DNA of 63,290 bases, counting the filler, from Clostridia bacterium (GTDB lineage Bacteria > CBDUZB01 > JAGLHV01), in the NCBI GenBank assembly GCA_030637025.1. It is 4 parts of 4 records of this genome, joined end to end, with 100 filler letters (N's around TTAATTAATTAA, not from the genome) between each part and the next. Parts side by side here need not be neighbours in the genome. Positions count along the whole stretch, not along the records: positions 1 to 27,063 come from DAOVVV010000034.1; 3 more parts are not named here. One strand, 5' to 3'. A program made the position numbers and the translations under genes. This document shows, piece after piece, positions 1-9,500 of the stretch (positions are counted from its first letter, which is position 1; each line of letters opens with the position of its first letter). A model generated the notes under the pieces. The model searched no databases, was not told where the DNA came from, and saw nothing but the letters and a program-made list of their open reading frames with translations.

Positions 1-2321
1 AAGCGATAAAAGAAGTATCTATGCCGGAAGTTATGTTGGAGCTAAGCAAGGTAAGAGGAATAAAAGAGGCAGATATAAAGCAGTTAAGTATTGATACGGT
101 CAAAGAAATAACAGCGATATACGAAGGTAAAGCAGTTGTGGCAGCGGAGGGAAAGGTTTTTAAGGAAGTAGAAGTAAGCAGAGGCATACAGAATAATTTA
201 GGTTTGGATATATCCGGCCGTGAGTATCAGACGGGAATAGGGGATATAGCGCAGATAGTTTATGGCGGGGACATATCGCAGACGGTTTATAGCGGGAAGG
301 CGGGTACAGGAATCATCCCGAAGGTTTTATTGGAGATAAAGCAGATAGAAAGAAGTGGGAATATAGCAGTGAATATAGTTACGACTTCGGAAGGGAAAGC
401 AGTAATAGTCTTAAGTGTAAAAGAAGGAGTGAAGTTTAAAGTTAAAACGGTGAAGGAAGCTTTGAGCAATGTTAATGTTCGGGAGGTAATAGTAGATGTT
501 TCGTGTTTAAATAGGAGTGAGATAAAACAAGTGGAAGCAGAAGTAGTCAGAATAATAAATTTAAACAAGGATAAGCAGATTACCTTAATTTCCGAAACTC
601 AAGGGGAAATAGTAGTCCGGGTGTTTAATAATAAAAACATAAAAGGGGAAGTATGCCGTTTGCCGGAAAATGTTATGAACAATTTAAGATTGGACATAGA
701 AAATAATAATTATAAACAGGGATTAACAGATGTTGTTGATATCGTTTCTAATCAGGGAAAAGGGATAAATCGTCCTGTGGATATAACTATAAATTATGCG
801 AAAAATTTAGAGTCGAAAGGGTTGATTGTAAATCCAATAAATCCCAGAAAGGGTGTATTGGCTGTGACTACAAAGGGAAAAGTTTTTGATTTGGGAGCGA
901 TGGAAGAAGTTTTAGGTATTCCGGCCAGAGAGATAATTGTAGATTTTGCTAATATAAAAAGTAACAGGCAGCGGCAAAAAATTCAGGAAATGATAGTAGA
1001 AGCAAGAAATAATGATATAAATAAACAGATTACATTAATAGATACTTCCATAAAAGGAAAAGAGGGAATTATAAATTCTGACAATCATAATATTAATAAA
1101 CTTAATTTGCAGAAGGCAGAGGTTTTTATTCAGAATATAAGGGATGGATTAAAGATGAGGGAAATTGCTTTAATATTTAAAGATAGGGTTGTTGTAGAGG
1201 CTAAAACACCGGCAGGGACTATCTCACCAAAAACTCCAGGGGTTGGTGTTAATGCTGCTATGGCAGGGGTTCTGGGTGGAATAACGGCTTTTACCAGATT
1301 AGATGATTTAAAACAACTTCTTTTGGGTAAAGAAACGGGTATTACTATGGATATTTTAGAAGTAAAGGGTAAAATTAGCATGCTTAAACTCAAAGCAGCA
1401 ATTGATACAATTGATTTTAAATGGATAGAGGAAGAAAAAAAATGGCCTAACATAATACAATCGTTGGTGAAAACAGTTGTCCTTAATAGACGGGCAAGAG
1501 GTACTGTTTTGATAGAAGGACAGAAAAGGGTAGTAGCCATTTGCGGGGAAATATTGGCGAAATTACCGGTAGAGAGACATTCTGAAGCTTTACAAATGGC
1601 CCGGGATATTGATATATCACAAAATCGTTTTACTTTTCCTCACTTGAAAGAGGTTGCCAAAACGCTGGGAATGAAGACAATAATATTAAAAGATACGGCA
1701 AGTGAAAGTAAGCAGTTTAAGCAAATAAAGAAAATGGGAGATAGAACTTCTGATCCGATACTTATAACTATGCCGGGTCAACAAGTAAATGTTCAAGAAC
1801 GAATAAATAACTTGAAGAATAGGTTTCATGAAGAAGGTTATATGGATAAATCATTTGAAGGCGGGTTAGTAGTAACCAGCAGTAATCCGATAGTGATATC
1901 TTCAGATGTTAAAAATGTAGGAGTAGATTTTATGAACGCCTTACAGAAAAATATAGAGATAGCTGCCAGGAAAGGGTTTCAGGTGAGTAATGTTCAAGTG
2001 AAAGTAATAACTAAAGAAGGTTCTAAACAACAAGAGGTAATGAAGGCTCTTGAAGAAGATTTAAAGCAGGCAGGAATGAAGATTATTCCCAGATTTAGAG
2101 ATAAAACCAGGATTATTGTTTCTCAGATAAATAAACAAACTATGGCTAATCTTGTTCAAAACAAGGGGGGTATTAAGGTGGCAGATGCTCAACCACCAAT
2201 ACCATATATACCGGTACTTACTGATCATAAAGAATGGACCTCTAGAAAAGGGCCGAAAAATGTTTATATACTTAATGTCCCTGATATAGGGGGAATTACC
2301 GCAATAATCGGGTCTAATTAA
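1..2321 (+). CDS. C-terminal part of a large hypothetical protein (5'-truncated by window edge)
   Basis: Frame is open upstream of the ATG at 21 to the window edge (gcg ata aaa gaa gta tct atg). At least 766 aa, no recognised family. Internal repeat VREVIVDVS...KDKQITLI / AREIIVDFA...INKQITLI. Confidence 0.8.
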   Translation, partial: AIKEVSMPEVMLELSKVRGIKEADIKQLSIDTVKEITAIYEGKAVVAAEGKVFKEVEVSRGIQNNLGLDISGREYQTGIGDIAQIVYGGDISQTVYSGKAGTGIIPKVLLEIKQIERSGNIAVNIVTTSEGKAVIVLSVKEGVKFKVKTVKEALSNVNVREVIVDVSCLNRSEIKQVEAEVVRIINLNKDKQITLISETQGEIVVRVFNNKNIKGEVCRLPENVMNNLRLDIENNNYKQGLTDVVDIVSNQGKGINRPVDITINYAKNLESKGLIVNPINPRKGVLAVTTKGKVFDLGAMEEVLGIPAREIIVDFANIKSNRQRQKIQEMIVEARNNDINKQITLIDTSIKGKEGIINSDNHNINKLNLQKAEVFIQNIRDGLKMREIALIFKDRVVVEAKTPAGTISPKTPGVGVNAAMAGVLGGITAFTRLDDLKQLLLGKETGITMDILEVKGKISMLKLKAAIDTIDFKWIEEEKKWPNIIQSLVKTVVLNRRARGTVLIEGQKRVVAICGEILAKLPVERHSEALQMARDIDISQNRFTFPHLKEVAKTLGMKTIILKDTASESKQFKQIKKMGDRTSDPILITMPGQQVNVQERINNLKNRFHEEGYMDKSFEGGLVVTSSNPIVISSDVKNVGVDFMNALQKNIEIAARKGFQVSNVQVKVITKEGSKQQEVMKALEEDLKQAGMKIIPRFRDKTRIIVSQINKQTMANLVQNKGGIKVADAQPPIPYIPVLTDHKEWTSRKGPKNVYILNVPDIGGITAIIGSN

Positions 2322-2443
2322 ATGCGGCTTTAATTAAATATTTAAATCTATTAATCAAATACTCGCGCTTTCTCGGGGAGAAGTGAAGGGTCTAATAAAT
2401 GAAAGAAGGGTTAATTTTTTTTTCAGTTAAAGGTGAATAATAA

Positions 2444-3526
2444 ATGTTAAAATTGACTAAAAAAGAAAATAGTTTATTTTTTAAATTAATGGTAATAATG
2501 GTGATTTCTTCTTTTATGGTTACCTCTGTTCCTGAATATAGTTGGGCACATTTAAGCGGGATATTAATTACTGATTTTATTTCTTCTCAAAAGGTAGTGG
2601 GTGATTTATATCGTTTACCCCAACAGAGCAAATTGATTTTTCCTTCCTTTTTTATGCAACAAATAAACAATGAAGATTTAAAAAAAGAAATAAAACAAGC
2701 GGTTAATTTTATTTATATTAGCAGGAAATTATCCGGAGAAAATAATAAACTGTTTAATACTCAAGTATGTTTAAAGGGTATAAATGAAAAAATATATGCC
2801 ACAGCAGAAGAAAGCTCAAAAATTATCACAAAATTTTGCGAGCTTCATTTAAACGGTATTAAAAAATCTTTTAATTTAAGGTTGGAAAATAATTTTTTAC
2901 TAAAATATATAAAACCAATCTTTTTTAGTCCGAATTTGTCTTTGAATAAATGGGAAGACAATCTGATTATGCTTAAAAAGCTGGGATTGCCGGTAAATAT
3001 TTTGACTGTTTTATTTGGGGAAAGGATTTTTCTTTGTTCTTCACGATATGTGCTTCAAACAAAAAAAAGACTTGTTCTTAAGGGAAAAAAAAGGATAAAA
3101 CAAAAAACAAAAATAAAAGAATGGAAAAATAGAAATAATTTTTGTTTAAACAATTTTATTTTAACGGCTTTAAAGAATTCAAATAGTAAGAATAAATATA
3201 TTATTAATTTACCTCAGGGGATAAGGGGTTCTCCTAAAACAAGCATAATAAAAAAGATTAATCAACCGGAGGCAAAAGACGAAGAAGAAGGGGTTTTTCT
3301 GCAGTCAAAACAAATCTTTAGAAATTCAAAATTTCATTTATTTTTTAAGAGTATAACTAAACACACAAAAAGTATATTAAATAATTTTCCAAAAGCAAAC
3401 CAAATCATTAATAATAAATTCCAGAAAAAAATAACCATAAAATTTAAATACTTCCTGCATCAGCCAGGGAGTATTTTTAATATTAAATATAAAATTACTG
3501 ATTTATTTTTAAAAGGTAGATCATAA
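2444..3526 (+). CDS. Signal-peptide-bearing basic hypothetical protein with SecM-like GIRGSP motif
   Basis: SD-like aaggtg upstream. N-terminus KLMVIMVISSFMVTSVPEYSWA looks like a signal peptide. Body is K/N/I/F-rich. PQGIRGSP at 3212-3235. Confidence 0.65.
   Translation: MLKLTKKENSLFFKLMVIMVISSFMVTSVPEYSWAHLSGILITDFISSQKVVGDLYRLPQQSKLIFPSFFMQQINNEDLKKEIKQAVNFIYISRKLSGENNKLFNTQVCLKGINEKIYATAEESSKIITKFCELHLNGIKKSFNLRLENNFLLKYIKPIFFSPNLSLNKWEDNLIMLKKLGLPVNILTVLFGERIFLCSSRYVLQTKKRLVLKGKKRIKQKTKIKEWKNRNNFCLNNFILTALKNSNSKNKYIINLPQGIRGSPKTSIIKKINQPEAKDEEEGVFLQSKQIFRNSKFHLFFKSITKHTKSILNNFPKANQIINNKFQKKITIKFKYFLHQPGSIFNIKYKITDLFLKGRS
3446..3478 (+). terminator. Terminator/attenuator-like hairpin upstream of the giant gene
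   Basis: aaatacttcctg-catcagc-cagggagtattt (12-bp stem, one G:U) running into a T tract. Confidence 0.35.
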
Positions 3527-3542
3527 ATTCGGGAGGACGGAA

Positions 3543-6500
3543 ATGTCTTTGATTCAAGGTGCGGACGGAAAATATAGATCGTGGATTAAAATAGTGGCAG
3601 GGTTAACTTTGAGTTTTTTTATTGCTACTTTTTTACCAAATTATGCGTATGCTCAGGTGTCAATGTTGCCGCAGGCTATACCTTCGGATATGGCTTTGAA
3701 AGAGGTAATGATTAATCCTGAAAAATTAAAAGTTCCTACCAGTTTTGGTAAAATTGTAGATACTCATTGCGGGAAAGGCGATAAATTACTTATTTATATT
3801 CAGGATTTACATACTAATTATGAAGTGCAAACCAATATTTATAGTATTCTGGAAAATTTAACCGAAACTTACGATTTAAAGATAGTCGCCACAGAAGGAA
3901 CACAGGGAGAAATTGATACCTCCCTGCTTTCTACCTTTCCTTTGAAGAAAGTGAAAAAAGAAGTGGTGGAATTTTTTATGAGGAGGGGAGAAATAACCGG
4001 GCCGGAGTGTCTTTCTATAATGGGTCAAAAACCCCCTATTTTGTATGGTGTGGAAAAAAAGGAGTTATATCTTAAAAACTTAGGTTTGTATAAAAGTTCC
4101 CTGGATAGTAGAAAAAAATTGAGGGAATCATTAATTTCATTAGATAAAATAATTAAAGTTCTCCAGCAACAAATTTATTCTCCTGAAATTTTAAGATTAG
4201 TGGAAAAGGTTTCTTTGTATCAGAAAAACGAAATTTCTGTGGTTGATTTTGTTGGTTATTTGCAGGAAAGAGCTAAAGATACCAAGATAAATATAGAAAA
4301 AAGATTTAAAAATTTAGCGATATTAATAAAATTAATCCATTTAAGACAAAAATTAAATTCCGGTAAGAGCTTACAAATAGAAACAATGGCCATAGTATCA
4401 AGACTTTATGCAGTGATGAACGTTACGGAAATAAGAGGGTTGACCCGCAGAAGCCAGGAAAGCAAGGATTTAGAAAGTTATTATTTGTATTTAGAGAACT
4501 TAGCTAAGAAATATAAAGTTGATTTAAAATATTATTTTCCTTATTTAGCCAGTTATTTTGAATATATGGAACTTTCTCGCGGATTGAATAGTGTGAAGTT
4601 AGTAGAGGAGCAAATAAAATTAGTAGATGAATTGATTAATTTCTGGTGCAGGAATAAAGAAGAGAGAGAAATTATTCATTTGAGTAAAGTAATTGAAACA
4701 ATGAAGAAATTCATTGATATAAAGATGACCGGATGGGATATTGAATATTATCTAAAAAATAAGAAATTTTTTGACCGGGATAGAATTATAAATTTCTTAA
4801 AGAAAGAAATAAGAAAATATAAAAAGGAACCTTCTTCTGATATGCCTCCCGATGCTCTTCCTATGATTCTTGGCCGCTATGATTTGAATGAATTAGATGA
4901 TATACCGGATTTTAAAGAAGTCCTTACTACCAGTGAAGAATATTATGCTACCGCAGTTGGTAGAAATAAGTTCCTCCTGGAAAATAGTTTAAAAAAGATG
5001 GAGGCAGAAGAAAATTCCGTAATTGCTCTGGTTACCGGAGGTTTTCATACCCCGGGAATAACCAAACTGGCTAAAGAAAAAGGCCTTTCTTATGTGGTTG
5101 TTTCTCCGAATGTTACTCAGGCAGTAGATAGTAAGAGATATTTTGCTCTTTTAGAAGGGAAGGAAACCCCGTATAAAGATTTATTACTGGAACAAAGTGA
5201 ACTTTTACTTGCTCTTGCTTCCAAATTTATCGGTAAGGAATTTACCAGAAAGATAGCTTTTCTGATTACTAATTCCTTGATTAAAATGTATAAAAATAAA
5301 GATTGGTCAATGGAGGATATAAAAACTGAAATTGAAAATGTTTTTAACCGGACAAATGTGGAAAATGTGGAAAATTCTAAATTTCAGTTTCAGTGGGTAG
5401 AGGAATTAACCCAAAAAGATACAACCAGGGAAGTATATTCATTTAAGGTATTTGAAAATGACACCATAAAAAATGAGGGGATAAAAAGTATTTTGGCAAG
5501 CCGTATAATTATAGAAGGGGAAAAGAGATGGGAGACTAACTTTATAGATTCAAAAGAAGCTGAGGGGAATTTATCTGAAATAAAAATGGAAAAGATAAGA
5601 ATACAGAATTCCCTTAGAGGCCAGTTAGGTTTGTGGATTAGTGGTTCAATTAATTTCTTGAAAAGGGGCATGCAGATGCAATATTTTATGCATCTGGCAG
5701 GAAGAGTACAGGAAAGGGTTAAACAACAAATTATCGCCCAGGGAACCCTGGTTAACCTGGTTAAAAATACCTCCGCTTTACTTTTTTCTGCCTCGGCAGA
5801 TGTTGTTCTGGTAAAAGAAGAAATGATTGCTGAAGTACCTGGAGTGGAAGAAAAAGTGGGTGAGGTAAAAGTAGTGGAAGCGGAAGTTCCTGATGTAGAA
5901 GTGGCTGAAGTGCCGGATGTAAAAGTAGTAGAAGTTCCTGAAGTGGCAGAGAAAGTAGATGAAGTGGTGGAAGTAGTACCGCTGATTATACCTGTTATGA
6001 CTACCAGAGAATTGGGTAATGTTTCTTCTTTATATCAGGTAAAAGACCTTTATCAACAGCCCCTGCAGGATTTTCATGTTCCACCTTCTACCATTTCTGA
6101 GCAGGAGATGAGAGTAGAGGCAGAACAGGGTAAAATACTTATTCAACAGGGGAAATTTAATATTCTTAAACGTATTTCTCAGGCAAGAGGAATGAGGCTG
6201 GAAGGATATATTGAAGAATACGCCGTGGGAAAAATAAAGGGACGGCAAAATATGGCTAAAATACTTTCCGGAGTAATAATTAATCTGTTTCAATCTCTGG
6301 AAAATAAACTTAGTTCATCTAAAAAGGAATACTGGGATATTTTAGAAAAAATCAGTCAGGGGGAAATGGATTTTAATTCGGAGGAATTTTGGAATTTTAT
6401 GGCGGGAAATGACAACAGTGCGGAAATTTGGAAACTTATGCGTAGCGAAATAGCTAAGGCTTATGGTGCGGAAATATGGGCTAAAGAAAAAAATATTTCG

Positions 6501-9500
6501 ATAGAACAAGCAGAGCAGGAGATTTTAAAAGAAGTATTAAGCCCGATGGTGGATGGATTAACTGAGGAAATTAAAGCTGATTTAAGGCAGACAGGAGGAG
6601 AATTTACCGATAGTATTTTATATAAAGCACAGCTTAATCTTGATTTTGCTTATATGATTGATAATGCTGCTTTTGCCAAGGGTTTATATGAGGTGCAGGA
6701 TTTAGCGGCTGCTTATATGGCTAAAGATGGCGGTAGCTTTGTGGAAGTGCGTACGGGTGGAGGTAAGACCCTGATTGGTATGTTACCGGCTTATTTGATA
6801 GCCCTTAAAGGGGAAACTTGTCTTTTTATAACTAGAGATGCTACTCTGGTAAATCAATTTATAAAAGATAACCAAAATATTGCAGCTATTTTAGGGGTTG
6901 ATATGGAAGGATTCCTGAGGGAAGGTTCTGAAAATGTCAAAAAAGCGGATACCCCGGAAATTCAGCGTGAAATATTGAATGTTACTCCGGAAAATCAGGC
7001 AATAAGGAGAGGAAAGATTGTAGTTACTACTAGCCCTGATGTAGCTTTTACCGTGGGTTCGGATATGAAACTGAGTGAAAATGAAAAGGTTTTTCCCAAA
7101 GAATTTATATTTAATTTAATTTTTGATGAAGTAGATATGTCCGCAGCAACCCAGGCTACTATGGCTTATGTAGAAGCTTTGATGGCTGAGCCCCTCAACA
7201 AAGGGGAATTAAAAAGAGGTGTTTTTGCCGATTGGCTGGCTGTAGAATTAATCGGAGAAGGCGTAGATGAAATTCATAAAGCAGTAATAAAAGCTTATGA
7301 AAAAGGAGAAGAGCGTGAATTTTTGACTAAAGGAGGATTGGTACGAATTAATCTAACTGCGGGCAGAAAGGGCAGTCTAACGATAGCTCCGGAGGCAGAA
7401 TCTGTAATTAAGCAGTGTTATGATACGGCCCAGGAACAGGGATTAAGTTTAGGTAAATATAAAAAGTTCAGACAGATGGTAGAAGATCAGCTTACTGCTC
7501 AACTTTTACGAAAGAGTGATGAACAGTATGCATTTGAGAAAGTGGACGGTCAAATAGAAAGCAAATGTATTGAACCGGCTACAGGTGCCCGGACTAATCA
7601 ACGGGAACAAAGGATTCAGACTGCTATAGAAATTAAAGAATATAGAGCGGGAAATTTTAAGGGACAGGTCCTGGGAGAATCTCAGACCAATAATAGCCTT
7701 ACCATTCATTCTCTTATTGCTTTGGCTGTTAAATCGGGTGGTTTGGTGACGGGAATGAGCGGAACTTTCGGTAAGACAGTAACGGATGAGTTAGCTAAAA
7801 TAACAGGGAAAAAACTTTCACAGATCGGAATAGAGGTTCCTAGTCATTATGAAAGTGTGGTTGTAGACGAGGGTTTTATTTCCGGGGATACGGATTCTTC
7901 TACTATGGAAAGTATTATTAATTGGATTACTATGATAAAGAATGACAGAAAAGGGGCACCGATGTTGATGGCTTTAAATTCGGACAATACTACCCAGTGG
8001 ATAATAGAACAGATTAAAGAAGCGGTTAGTCTGGAGAAGTTTGCTTACAAAAATATTAAAGTGATTGGAGCAGAAACTGTTGTGGAGAAAATGGAAGAAC
8101 TGGAGCAGAACCGTTCTTCAGACACCTTGTTTGTTTATACGGTTACTGCTGCGACTACTGATTCCCAGATAGAACATATTCGTAAATATGGCGGACAGCC
8201 GGATACTTTACTTATCGGAGGAAAGACTATCGGGCGGGGTTTTGATGCTGGTTTTAAGACCATTAATGTTGAAGAAATCGGTCAACAGATAAAAACGATG
8301 TTGTTCGAAGCAGGAATATTCGAAGCAGAAATAGCGGAGGAAAAAGCAGCGGGTATTATTTTATTAATGGAAGAAATGCTCAATGATTTAAGAGCTGAGC
8401 GAAATATGGATATACGAAAAGAAAAAATTGAAAATATTAAAACATATTTTGATACAGTGCGTAATTTGTTAAAAGAAGGGGGAGTTAGCCTGGAGGTATT
8501 AGCTGAGTTTGAAACAATGGAACGACGGATATTTGCCCGGGAAGTATATGGTTTTCAGGGAGTTAATCAGTGTGATGATCTAACTTCTGGAGAAAGACGT
8601 CAAAGACAAGGACGGGTTGGCCGTCAAAGTGAGGCCGGTTCGACATGCGAATTAGTTTGTTATCAAAAAGGAGAAAGTAAATTTGGTGATATGATAGATT
8701 TTGAACGGGGGATAGAAGCTCCGTTGGGTGGAGTAATGGAAATGGGTAACGTCTTTAAATCTTTGTTAGCCGGAAAAATTAGTTTAAAAGAAACGTTTAT
8801 TCAGTTTGCACAAACTTCGTTTGTAGATAAATTGAAAGGATTTATATTGGGTGAAAATTCCGCTGAAGCGGCTTTTCGCAGGATGAATAGTTTAATAAAA
8901 GAATACAAACAACTTATTCAAGATCAAGGGAAAATAATAGAAAAAATTAAAGTCTCAGTCGGAGAGCAGGAAAAATCAGAATTAGAGCAACAATTAAAGG
9001 ACGTAAATGGAAAGATGGCAGGGATTAATAAGAAAGCAATTGCCCTTAAAATATATGCAGTAGATAGATTAGAAAGAAGTGATTCCCACTACCGTTTAGC
9101 TACCAGAAAGCGTAGTCTTTTTGCTACCCGGGTTTATGAAAAAATAGAAAAGTCCCGTAAGAATATTCTTAAAGCGGAAGTTACTAAATTAAACATTATT
9201 CAGCGTATTATTCAGGGTTTAAGGATAAGACAATTTTTTAGCCAGGAAGCTTTAGTCAGATTATTTATTAAAGATGAAATTAAGGATTACCGCAAAATGG
9301 CTAAAGAGATAGAAGATCCGGTTAAACGCAGTGAAATTTATCAACAGATGATTAGCCGTTTGGAAAAAGGATTAAATATAAAAGAAGGTGAACTTGCTGC
9401 GGAGTTGACTGAGGAAGCGTTGTTGTTTAAAAAATTAAAGACGAAAAAACTGGTAAATATGATTACGGAAAAGCTTATTGAGCAGAGGGGAGAGGAAAAT

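Noticed and set aside
5825-5990. Val/Glu/Pro-rich repeat-like stretch
   Set aside because: Low-complexity linker without a consistent unit.
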